The position numbers were made by a program, and so were the translations under genes. From positions 299,051-363,050 of the forward strand of contig CBDUPA010000004.1 in assembly GCA_965368975.1 (NCBI GenBank): a stretch of DNA of 64,000 bases, given 5' to 3'. The notes under the pieces were generated by a model that searched no databases, had not been told where the DNA came from, and worked only from the letters and a program-made list of their open reading frames with translations. Positions 18,570 through 26,964 of this stretch are shown here, piece after piece. This DNA is from an uncultured bacterium. Lineage in GTDB: Bacteria; Acidobacteriota; Thermoanaerobaculia; Multivoradales; JAHZIX01. Every line of letters starts with the position of its first letter. The stretch's first letter is position 1.

Positions 18570-21005
18570 TCAGGGTTGCCGCAGAGTCTGCGCTGGGTCA
18601 AGATCGACTGCGCCACGTGTCACTCGATAGATGGTGAGCAGCGCCAGTACGCCTAGCAAGAGGGGGACTGCAATGAGCTGCCAGCTCTTGAGATCGGGAG
18701 CCAGCGGGGTCGTCCCCTGCAGATAGGAGTCGAGCAGCAGCGCGAGGCCGACCCCGACCAGGAGCGCAGCGGCGATCCCGCGCCCGCTCTGCCAGAGTGC
18801 TTGCCGCAGCAAGTCTCCCGGCTGCGCACCCAAGGCCAAACGCACGGCATGATCAAAGTGGCGCCGCTGTGCCGCCGCGGCCGTGACCGTGACCACGCTG
18901 AACAGTGCCAGGCACAAGCCCACGGCGGCGAAGAGGGACGAGAGTCCTGCCAGCAGCCGCTGCCGCTGGAGGCCGGTGTCGAGATAGTGCTGCAGGGGCA
19001 CGGCGTCGGACAGCAGGAGGTAGGGATTGAGCGCGCGCACTCGCCGCCGCACCTCGTCAGCCAGGACGCTGGGCGGCACGCGGGTCCGGGCCACCAGGGT
19101 CATGCGTAGATGTGGTAGTGCCGAGAACGGCAGGTACGCTTCCGCGATCGCCGGTGCGGTGGGGCCTCCAGGGCGGGTATCGGCGACGATCCCGATGACA
19201 CGCTTCGGCGCTTTGTCGGCCCAGTTGAACTGGACCTGGCTGCCGACTAGCTGGCTGCCCGGTTTCAGGTCCAGGCCCAGCTGCCGTACCGCGGTTTCGT
19301 TGAGCAGGACGACCTCTGTGGCTGTCACGTGGCCATCGCTACCGGCGGGTGAGGTTCGCACTTCGAAGCCTCGACCTTGTAGTAGGTGGATCTCCAAGGT
19401 CGAGAGATACCCGGGACTGATGCCACGCAAGGCGATACGGTCGCTGGAGTGCTCGTCGGGCGCTTTTTCCCCGACCCTGGAGCCTTTCACTTGGAAGAGT
19501 GCGCCGGTCAAAGGGAGATGGCTGACCACTGCGGCGTGCAGGATGCGAGCATCTTGCTCGAGCTGAGCCGGCAGGGCGTCGAGAAACTGGAGGCGCTGAG
19601 CCTCCGTGAGCTGGCGTCTCGGTAGCTCCATCTGGAGCGTCAAGACCGCGTCGGGTTCGAAGCCGAGTGGCGTCGAGGCCAGTCTTGCGAAGTGGCTCAC
19701 AAGGAGGACGGCACCGAGGCAAAGCGCGGTTCCCAGGGCGACCTCGACGACCATGATGCCCGTATAGATCCCTCGCAGCGCGGGTGGCAAGCCGTCCCGT
19801 GCTCCGGGACGAAGGAGCGTGGTGCGACGCAGCGGAGACAGGCGGCCGTAGGGAAGCAGGTGGAGCAAGAAAGTCGCGAGCAGGGTCAGGCCCAAGACGA
19901 AGGCGAACGTCGCCCCCCGTGGTCGCAGTTGCACCAGCCAGGCCACCTGCGCCGGAAGAAAGCGGGGCAAGATGTCCAGCGCAAGGCTTGCCAGCCACCA
20001 GCCCAAGAGTGCACTCGCGAGGAGCCAGGGAAGGTTCTCGACCACCAGCTGCCGTAGCAGACGGCCACGTCCGGCACCGAAGGCCGCTCGTAGCGCCAAC
20101 TCCTGACGTCGCCGTTCCAGGTCCACCGTCAGCAAGCCTGCGACGTTGACACAGGCAAGCAGCAAGACCAGGGCGCTGGCAGCGAGCAACCACAGCAGCG
20201 CCGGTCGCACCGGCGCGACTGTCAAGTCATGCAAAGAGGCCGCGCGGCCCCGCCACGCTTCGTTGTCAGCCGGATGTTCCCGTGCCAGGGCCTCACTCAC
20301 TGCCGCCAGTTCCGCCATCGCTTGCTGCTCATTTACAGCTGGCCGTAGACGTCCCAGCACGCGTAGCATGCGATTGCCGCGCAGGAACCAGGGTAAGTTC
20401 AGCGGTAGGACGGCGATCACATCGACTCGCTGTTCGCTGACAGGGGTACCGAGGGAGAAGGAAGCGGGTAAGACCCCCACCACGGTGATCGCTTCCCCAT
20501 CCAGCGTCAAGCTCTTTCCGACCGCTTCCGGCTCCCCTCCCAGCTGTCGTTGCCAGAAGCTGTAGCTCACCACTGCAGCGGGTGGCGCACCGCTCTTGTG
20601 ATCGGGTGAGCCCAACAGTCGGCCCATTGAGGCTTTGATGTCGAGAACCTCGAAGAAGTCATCCGTCACCAGGAGTCCTGAAAGCTTCAGGGGTTCTCGG
20701 GTACTTTGCCAGGTAGGCTGCCACATGAAGGTAGCGGTTAGCTGCTCGAAGCTGCGCAGGCGTTGCTGCCAGTCCTGAAAGTTGGGCAGCGAGGCAACAC
20801 GTCCTTCGCCAGTCGCGGTAGGTTCTTGCTCCCACAACAGCATCAACAGGCCAGCGTTGGGATAGGGGAGAGATCCCTCGAGTGTCGACTGGACCAGGGT
20901 GCCGATGGTCGTCGCGAAGCCAAGTCCCAGCGCCAAGGAGAGCACCAAGCCTAGTGCAAGGAGAGGGCGCCGCAGCATGCGGTATAGGTCTTGATGCAGG
21001 GGCAA
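18570..21005 (-). CDS. ADOP/MacB-FtsX-like duplicated ABC permease, likely RiPP export
   Basis: SLPNFQDWQ, VVSYSFWQRQLGG, LVLLLACVNVAGLL, GFEPDAVLT, VRLALGA motifs; two periplasmic + TM halves. Confidence 0.85.
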   Translation of the reverse strand: MPLHQDLYRMLRRPLLALGLVLSLALGLGFATTIGTLVQSTLEGSLPYPNAGLLMLLWEQEPTATGEGRVASLPNFQDWQQRLRSFEQLTATFMWQPTWQSTREPLKLSGLLVTDDFFEVLDIKASMGRLLGSPDHKSGAPPAAVVSYSFWQRQLGGEPEAVGKSLTLDGEAITVVGVLPASFSLGTPVSEQRVDVIAVLPLNLPWFLRGNRMLRVLGRLRPAVNEQQAMAELAAVSEALAREHPADNEAWRGRAASLHDLTVAPVRPALLWLLAASALVLLLACVNVAGLLTVDLERRRQELALRAAFGAGRGRLLRQLVVENLPWLLASALLGWWLASLALDILPRFLPAQVAWLVQLRPRGATFAFVLGLTLLATFLLHLLPYGRLSPLRRTTLLRPGARDGLPPALRGIYTGIMVVEVALGTALCLGAVLLVSHFARLASTPLGFEPDAVLTLQMELPRRQLTEAQRLQFLDALPAQLEQDARILHAAVVSHLPLTGALFQVKGSRVGEKAPDEHSSDRIALRGISPGYLSTLEIHLLQGRGFEVRTSPAGSDGHVTATEVVLLNETAVRQLGLDLKPGSQLVGSQVQFNWADKAPKRVIGIVADTRPGGPTAPAIAEAYLPFSALPHLRMTLVARTRVPPSVLADEVRRRVRALNPYLLLSDAVPLQHYLDTGLQRQRLLAGLSSLFAAVGLCLALFSVVTVTAAAAQRRHFDHAVRLALGAQPGDLLRQALWQSGRGIAAALLVGVGLALLLDSYLQGTTPLAPDLKSWQLIAVPLLLGVLALLTIYRVTRGAVDLDPAQTLRQP

Positions 21006-21020
21006 GGGCTTGTTCCTGGG

Positions 21021-22292
21021 TCAGGTGGAGTGTGCCAAGGGAGTGAGTTGCGGGTCTTGGGTTCCATGTTGAGAGCGCCGTAACAGCGGTTTGCTCAGTT
21101 TCCAAGCCAGCGTTCCAACCATGAGTAGCATGACGAGCTGCGCTGATAGGTCGGCCAATGCTGAATACAGATGAGGGCTTCCTTGGGGATGGTGCAACAG
21201 TTGCAAGACCATGGCGCACGTCGAGGGGAACTGCGCGATCTGCCTGGCTACAGCGGGAATAGCATGGAATAGAAAGTAACCCCAGACCAGGATGGCGCCC
21301 AGCGAGTAAGCACTGAGCAGCAGGATAAGCCATGTAGGCCATGGCAGGGCACTCTCGGTCTTGCCGCGGAGTCGTTGTGCTAAGTGGCGCAGGATGGTTG
21401 CTGGTTGCCGGGACAGGTTCGTGACCCCCAGACTGTCTGCCAGCACCCAATAGCCATCGAATCGGAAGATCGGATTGAGAGAGAAAACAAGTACCGAGAA
21501 GACCAAGGTGGCAGCCATCCAAAATCCAGGCCAGCCGGTAGTCAGGTATCCAGTGAAGAAGATGCTTGCTGTGAGCATGTGGAGGTAGGGACCTCCAAGA
21601 TCGACGATCACGCGTTGCCAGCGGCGAAGTTGCCAGGCTGCTGTGACGTCGCTGTAGAGAACTGGATAGATCAGATACATTCCAAAGCCGATTTCACGCG
21701 GCTTGGCACCGAAATGAGCAGAAGCACTCGCATGTCCGAGCTCGTGCACCAGGAGAGAACCCAGAAAGAGCAAGAAGCCTGGCCAAGCCATCGTTCCAGA
21801 CAGGGTGGCTGGCGGACCCACTTGGAGAGCCCATGCGACCGTAGCGGTAAACCAGGTCAGCATGAATACGCAAGGCAGGGGGTAGAAGAACGGGCGTAGG
21901 AGGTTGGCCAGGCGGGTGACGATCTCAGCTGGAACCAGAGATGCTGTGAACCAAAAACCAGTGGGTAGAGCAGGTCTCTTGTCTGCTTGCTCCAACTGGG
22001 CCCTCAGGGACCGTTCGACCTTACCGTAGGCTTCGCGAACTTCCGTCTCAGAGACGTTCTTCGGCCCGCACGCGCTGAACTCCGAAGCGATCTCCTCAAA
22101 GGTGTGTCCCTCGTACACTCGCTGCACGAGATTATAGGCGCCTGAAGCGAGTTTCAGATGACTACCGTTCCGGGTCACCAGCAAAAAGTGTTGTCCATGG
22201 TCTCGCGAGTCGAGCGGAATCTCCCGATCCAGCCCTCGCAGGGCTGTCAGATCGAGGGAGCCTACCGGATCCTTGGCAATGGACATTGTCAT
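21021..22292 (-). CDS. M50 (site-2) family membrane metallopeptidase with N-terminal PqqD/RRE-like region
   Basis: HELGH, YSDVTAAW, LNPIFRFDGYW; soluble N-terminal region with beta-beta-beta-helix-like pattern. Confidence 0.8.
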   Translation of the reverse strand: MTMSIAKDPVGSLDLTALRGLDREIPLDSRDHGQHFLLVTRNGSHLKLASGAYNLVQRVYEGHTFEEIASEFSACGPKNVSETEVREAYGKVERSLRAQLEQADKRPALPTGFWFTASLVPAEIVTRLANLLRPFFYPLPCVFMLTWFTATVAWALQVGPPATLSGTMAWPGFLLFLGSLLVHELGHASASAHFGAKPREIGFGMYLIYPVLYSDVTAAWQLRRWQRVIVDLGGPYLHMLTASIFFTGYLTTGWPGFWMAATLVFSVLVFSLNPIFRFDGYWVLADSLGVTNLSRQPATILRHLAQRLRGKTESALPWPTWLILLLSAYSLGAILVWGYFLFHAIPAVARQIAQFPSTCAMVLQLLHHPQGSPHLYSALADLSAQLVMLLMVGTLAWKLSKPLLRRSQHGTQDPQLTPLAHST

Positions 22293-22307
22293 GAAGCGGG
22301 TCGACTC

Positions 22308-22508
22308 TCAGCCCACCTCGAAGGTCGTGCAGCCAAAATCAGCACAAGTCGCGAAGCTGCTGCAAGTGAACACTCCGCAGTCGAAGGAATCTTGGACCAT
22401 TACCATCTCAAGCCGCTGATCGAGTACTTCGACGGTCAGGTTCTCATCATCCAGGCTGAACAGGCTCTCGTTCAGACTGACCATTTCTGCAGGCTCTTTC
22501 TTCTTCAT
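22308..22508 (-). CDS. Radical SAM-modified RiPP precursor, 66 aa, 4x CxxF core
   Basis: MKKKEPAEMVSLNESLFSLDDENLTVEVLDQRLEM-VMVQDSFDCGVFTCSSFATCADFGCTTFEVG; GAGGAAG RBS; lies between maturase and peptidase. Confidence 0.88.
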   Translation of the reverse strand: MKKKEPAEMVSLNESLFSLDDENLTVEVLDQRLEMVMVQDSFDCGVFTCSSFATCADFGCTTFEVG

Positions 22509-22545
22509 CGCATCTTCCTCATTCAGAGTTGGTCCTTGGTTTGAC

Positions 22546-24048
22546 CTAGAGGCCACAAGCCGTAGCGGCTTCGGCAATCGATGGCTTTCCCGCGGAGAAG
22601 TCGAGAAAGGCTTCAGCGACAGCCTTGCGGAACCGGTTTGCGTAACCGTCGCAGTAGTTGCGATAGAAGTCGCCGTTGTTGTCCTGTGCCAGGACAGCAC
22701 AACCGCCGCCGCAGTGGAGGTTGTACCGGCACTTCATGCAGACGGAGTTTGTCGTCACCGTGCGGCCCCGCCAGTGGTCGTGCATTCGCGCGTTCAACTG
22801 CAGGTGATCGTGCGCATCAATGTGACCGATACGGATTCGCTGGTCACCGGTTCTCTCCCAGCAAGCATAGATATCTCCGAACGCGTCGAAGATGTACATG
22901 CCGAGGTGAGCTGAACAGAAGCTGGGTCTGAGGGCAGGCAAGCCGCGGCCGCTGAAAATTCGCAGCGCTTGTTGTCGGATTGGGTCGTCAACGGTCCCCA
23001 GGATCCTCAGTACCGGATGCTTTTCACGCAGTTCTGCCAGAGAACGGTCCAGTTCCCAGCTACCTAGTACGCTGGTGGTATCCGTGTGGTCGTTGGAGGC
23101 ACGGATGGCCGCGACCTGGGCTTTGAAGAGTGGTTGTTCATGCCACCCTAATAGCTCGAAGGTTTCTGCTAGCGCTACGAGGCTGGGCAGATTCGAACGG
23201 TCGACGTTGGTTCGAATCGTGATGGAGACACCTCGCTGGAAGCACAGTTCGATGTTGCGCTGGATTCGTTCCCAGGAGCCGCTGCCATCAGCATACTTTC
23301 TGCGGGCATCGTGCTCGTCCGGAGGTCCATCGAGTGTGATCTGAATACTGCTCAACCGCTCCGGGTGCAGCAGGTCGGCGTAGGCTTCGAGTTCGGTCCC
23401 GTTCGAGATGGCCCAGAAGTGAGCCTCTCCACGCTGCTCAGCTCTCTCGATGATGTACTGAACGATCTCGCGGTTGCTCGCCAGGAGAGGTTCTCCACCG
23501 AAGAAGCCAACATCGATCCTTCTTGGTTCGGTCTCTGGTATGCCATGGCGTTCTTCGATCTTGGGCATGACGGTGAAGATCCGATTCACCATGTCCTTGC
23601 TCATGCGCTTCAGGAGTCGACGAAAGCTGGGATCGGTCCGCATGTGATCCTGGAAGCAATACGGACACCGGAGGTTGCAATCATAGTTGGGCATGAAGAG
23701 GTACTTTGGCCAGGAGCGCGAGTAGGTGGCATGTAGCTTCTCGACGAAGCGACGCAAGAAGCCCTCTTCTTCTTCCTGCGTCAGGGTGGTCAAATAGCCG
23801 CGTTGCTTGAGGCGTCGAAGTGTCTCTTCCGATGGGACTTCGGTGGTTTTGGAAGCGAAGGCTGCCTCCTCGGCCCATTTCCCGTAGAGAGGCTTGGGGC
23901 GTGGTCCGACCTCCAGCGAGCGCAGGTACGAGGCCACTCGGCTCGATACCTTGTCGAAGGCACCGGTATACGTTTGCACCAGGAGGAGTTCGTCCTGCTG
24001 GTTGGGCAAGTCGACGTAGATTGTGTAGCTGCTGGTACGAAGACTCAT
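22546..24048 (-). CDS. Radical SAM/SPASM peptide maturase with N-terminal RRE-like region
   Basis: CNLRCPYC, FFGGEPLL, QITLDGP; SPASM Cys: CSAH..YACWE..CMKCRYNLHCGGGC..YC; alternative TTG start at 24057. Confidence 0.93.
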   Translation of the reverse strand: MSLRTSSYTIYVDLPNQQDELLLVQTYTGAFDKVSSRVASYLRSLEVGPRPKPLYGKWAEEAAFASKTTEVPSEETLRRLKQRGYLTTLTQEEEEGFLRRFVEKLHATYSRSWPKYLFMPNYDCNLRCPYCFQDHMRTDPSFRRLLKRMSKDMVNRIFTVMPKIEERHGIPETEPRRIDVGFFGGEPLLASNREIVQYIIERAEQRGEAHFWAISNGTELEAYADLLHPERLSSIQITLDGPPDEHDARRKYADGSGSWERIQRNIELCFQRGVSITIRTNVDRSNLPSLVALAETFELLGWHEQPLFKAQVAAIRASNDHTDTTSVLGSWELDRSLAELREKHPVLRILGTVDDPIRQQALRIFSGRGLPALRPSFCSAHLGMYIFDAFGDIYACWERTGDQRIRIGHIDAHDHLQLNARMHDHWRGRTVTTNSVCMKCRYNLHCGGGCAVLAQDNNGDFYRNYCDGYANRFRKAVAEAFLDFSAGKPSIAEAATACGL

Positions 24049-24136
24049 AGACTTCAAGTTGCCGGTTCTTCTTAACCAGTTTCGAGGCGGGACTGGCCGT
24101 TAGTCTGAAGACCGATAGCGGTCAGGGGATCTCCTG

Positions 24137-25036
24137 TCAAGATACCACGGAGCAAGTCCTGTCTCGTGCCTCGCTGGTGGCCGAGCGTCGCGCGCGAAAC
24201 AGCTGCACGAGCTGCTCCCGGCTGTCGCTGTAGTCCTGGAAGGAGCAGCTCTCCAGGAGTCGCTCGATCTCACCTTCGGCGAAGAAGTGCATTCCTTCGA
24301 GCGGGCGGCCGTTCCGGAGCGAGGTGAGGGGACGCCCGGGGCCTTGCGTGAAGTTCAGGCCGGAGAAGACGGAACCCGGTCGAAGGCAGCGGCTGATTTC
24401 AGAAACGCTCTGGCCGAGGTCAGTGAAGAGGTGCATCGCACCACAACAGTTGGCGCCATCGAAGGCTGCGGACACGAAGGGGAGGGCGAGCGCAGATGCT
24501 CGCAAGAAGGCGATATTGGTGATCCCCTGCGCCGTCGCGAGATGATGCGCTCTGGAGAGCATCGTCTGGGAGATGTCCACTCCGATCACCGTCGTCTCAG
24601 GATGGCGCTGGGCCAGGGCGCGAGTGAAGTTTCCCGTGCCACACCCGACATCGAGCAGGAAGCCTCCGGGCTCGGGCGAATGCCAGCTACTGAGGAGCTC
24701 CGCCTGTGCGGCAAAGCGTGACCGGGTCACGAGCCGGCATAGGGACGGTCGCCAGTAGTCTTCGTAGATGCGGACCAGCCCAGAGGTATGCAGGAAGCGA
24801 GCTGCAAGCGACAGCTGCGGAGGTTCGTTGAGAAGGTCGAGCACGCCGCTGCGGAGCGGCATGTTTCGCTCGCATTGCATGCAGACCGCCATGGCTACCT
24901 CGGCAGTCAGAGGTCCTGTGCACTGGTGGCAGGTGAGAATCTCGAGGTATCTGCTGAAGTCCATGCCGTTGTCCACTCGAGGCTCTGTGCGATTCGGGAA
25001 TTGACCAGAATCTACCATGGAGGAGATGCTGGTCAT
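24137..25036 (-). CDS. Class I SAM-dependent methyltransferase with N-terminal CxxC..CxxC zinc-ribbon-like module
   Basis: LLDVGCGTG, GVDIS, ALALPF...FD, RCLRPG; CHQC/CMQC; true start may be a downstream ATG. Confidence 0.85.
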   Translation of the reverse strand: MTSISSMVDSGQFPNRTEPRVDNGMDFSRYLEILTCHQCTGPLTAEVAMAVCMQCERNMPLRSGVLDLLNEPPQLSLAARFLHTSGLVRIYEDYWRPSLCRLVTRSRFAAQAELLSSWHSPEPGGFLLDVGCGTGNFTRALAQRHPETTVIGVDISQTMLSRAHHLATAQGITNIAFLRASALALPFVSAAFDGANCCGAMHLFTDLGQSVSEISRCLRPGSVFSGLNFTQGPGRPLTSLRNGRPLEGMHFFAEGEIERLLESCSFQDYSDSREQLVQLFRARRSATSEARDRTCSVVS

Positions 25037-25063
25037 CGCCTCAGTGAGTCGGAGTCGAGAGAC

Positions 25064-25091
25064 GTGGCAGGTCCACCGTTGAACCTGCCAC
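25064..25091. terminator. 9-bp hairpin between arsI-like gene and methyltransferase
   Basis: GTGGCAGGT-10 nt-ACCTGCCAC; no U-tract on the minus strand. Confidence 0.35.
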
Positions 25092-25099
25092 TCCAGGAC

Positions 25100-25564
25100 T
25101 CAGGCGCAGCAAGCGGCGCCGTCACCGCAGGTCGCACTCTGAGTCTGCAGCTCTGGTGCGGTGTCGCCGACCTTGACCACGAAGACCTCCCAGCCGTTGC
25201 CGTCCGGATCCCGTACCCACACTTTGTCCTGCAGGGCATAGCAGCAGTCGGTGTCGGATTCTTCGAAGGTCGCCATGCCGGCATCTTTCAGCCGCTGTGC
25301 CGCCTCGCGCACGATCTCGGTACTGTCGACCTGGATGCCCAGGTGGTTGAGGGCACCGACACGGGCGCCGTGTTCGCCGGCTTCGGGGATGGCGGTGGGT
25401 TCGGTGGAGGTGTTCTCGTTGAGCGTCAGGTTGAGACCGGGGTCTTCGATGTCGAATTTGGCGTAGCCCGGCTTCAGCTTGACGGGATCCTGACCGAAGA
25501 AGGCGCGGTAGAAATCGACCGAGGTCTGGAAGTGGGCGGTGTTGAGGGCGAGATGGGTCTTCAT
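25100..25564 (-). CDS. ArsI/CadI family VOC metalloenzyme (C-As lyase-like)
   Basis: HLALN, KPGYAKF, LNHLGIQV, TDCCYALQDKVWVRDPDGNGWEVF. Confidence 0.9.
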   Translation of the reverse strand: MKTHLALNTAHFQTSVDFYRAFFGQDPVKLKPGYAKFDIEDPGLNLTLNENTSTEPTAIPEAGEHGARVGALNHLGIQVDSTEIVREAAQRLKDAGMATFEESDTDCCYALQDKVWVRDPDGNGWEVFVVKVGDTAPELQTQSATCGDGAACCA

Positions 25565-25653
25565 GGTGAGTCTCCTTGTGTTTGTGTTTCTAGCAGGGTC
25601 GAATTATGAATTCGCAACTGTTGGATGGATCGAGTCCGGAGTGCGTCACGAAC

Positions 25654-26043
25654 TCAGCCGCAGCCCGGTCCGCACGTTCCCTCATCGACCCCGATCGGCA
25701 GACCGGGGGACGTGACACTTTGAGGGGCAAGAACGGTTTGGCGGGTGCAGCATTCGGCGTAGAGGAAGCCGAGCAGCCGGCGCAGGGCGTCGGTGCCGGC
25801 GCGGTAGCGCAGGAAGCGGCCTTCACGCTCTTGGGTGATCAGACCTTCCTGGCGCAGAGCGTCGAGATGGTGCGAGAGCGTCGAGGGCGGGATCTGGACT
25901 TCCGACTTGATCTCGCCGACCACTAGCCCCACCGGATGCGCCGCCAGCAGCGCGCGCAGGATCTCGACGCGGGCCTCGTGGCCCAGAGCGGCGAACATGC
26001 TGGCGAACTGTTTGGCGTCTTCTTCGTGGTGCTTCCTGCTCAT
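25654..26043 (-). CDS. arsR: ArsR/SmtB family repressor with C-terminal vicinal Cys
   Basis: FAALGHEARVEI, STLSHHLDALRQEGLI, LYAECC; adjacent arsI-like gene. Confidence 0.85.
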   Translation of the reverse strand: MSRKHHEEDAKQFASMFAALGHEARVEILRALLAAHPVGLVVGEIKSEVQIPPSTLSHHLDALRQEGLITQEREGRFLRYRAGTDALRRLLGFLYAECCTRQTVLAPQSVTSPGLPIGVDEGTCGPGCG

Positions 26044-26048
26044 GACTA

Positions 26049-26081
26049 GATGATTCTAGAATCATCGAATCAATGTGTCAA
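26049..26081 (-). promoter_or_regulatory. arsR promoter with overlapping palindromic operator
   Basis: TTGACA (26081-26076)-17 nt-TAGAAT (26058-26053); perfect 18-bp palindrome GATGATTCTAGAATCATC at 26049-26066. Confidence 0.8.
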
Positions 26082-26120
26082 GCCTCTCGCGACTTCGACA
26101 GCGAGGACAGAACCATGCGG

Positions 26121-26960
26121 TCATCCTAGGAGACAGCGGAACCCGACCCACTCTCCTGCCTGACGCTCTTGCTCGACCCGGAATCCGACGTCTTCCAGGC
26201 GATCGCTGATCTCAGCACCACGCGTGGCCAGGATGCCGGAGAACACCGCTTCCCCTCCTCGGCGCAATCTCGACGGTAGCAACGGCAGGTGGGGTAGGAA
26301 GTTCTCGGGCAGGATGTTGATCAGCGCGACGTCGAAGCCGGCTCCGGGGGCGATGACGGCGAGATCTCCGGCGAACAACGTTGGTTCGGGGCCCGGATTC
26401 AAGGCCCGGAATTGACCGGCGTGCAGGATGGCGACGGGGTCGACGTCGAAGCCGACGGCGGTTCGGGCGCCCAGGCGCAGGGCGGCGAAGGCGAGGATGC
26501 CGCTGCCGGTGCCGACGTCCAGGAAGCGCCGGCCATCGAAGGCCAGGCCTTCCATCAACTCCAGCGCCAGGCGCGTGCTCTCGTGACTGCCGGTGCCAAA
26601 GGCTTCGCGAGCCGGGAGGCGGAGCAGGATTCGACCGTCGGAAGGTTCTTGCGTCGCGCTCTCGTCGGGCTCGCGCGGATCGATGCGGAAGCGCTCACCA
26701 ATCTCGAGCGGCTGGACGTGACGCCGGTAGGCGGCCATCCAATCGTCGGCCGGCAGTTCTTCGCTGCCGAGAAACTCTGCGCCTGCTGGTGCTTGTGGAG
26801 GCGAAGTTTCCAGGTCGACGAAGGCGTCGACTTCGAGCTGACCGCCCGGGCGCTCACGCTGTTCCAGACCGAGAATGCCGTCGGCCCACAGCTGGGCGGT
26901 GACGGCTTCCTCCAACGCTGCCGGCAGGAGATACCGGCAGCGCCGGTAGGAGGTGGCCAT
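26121..26960 (-). CDS. prmA: Ribosomal protein L11 methyltransferase
   Basis: DW...Y, AFGTGSHESTRL, LDVGTGSGIL, FSGIL motifs. Confidence 0.9.
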   Translation of the reverse strand: MATSYRRCRYLLPAALEEAVTAQLWADGILGLEQRERPGGQLEVDAFVDLETSPPQAPAGAEFLGSEELPADDWMAAYRRHVQPLEIGERFRIDPREPDESATQEPSDGRILLRLPAREAFGTGSHESTRLALELMEGLAFDGRRFLDVGTGSGILAFAALRLGARTAVGFDVDPVAILHAGQFRALNPGPEPTLFAGDLAVIAPGAGFDVALINILPENFLPHLPLLPSRLRRGGEAVFSGILATRGAEISDRLEDVGFRVEQERQAGEWVGFRCLLG

Positions 26961-26964
26961 GGGA

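Noticed and set aside
22308-22700. 130-aa ORF-track version of the precursor
   Set aside because: Overlaps the maturase 3' end; the ATG at 22508 has an RBS and gives a typical precursor
7537-24048. Idea that the two LxLxKx5L peptides are substrates of the radical SAM enzyme
   Set aside because: They are about 14 kb away with basic leaders unrelated to the acidic leader of the cognate precursor, and they lack the CxxF register
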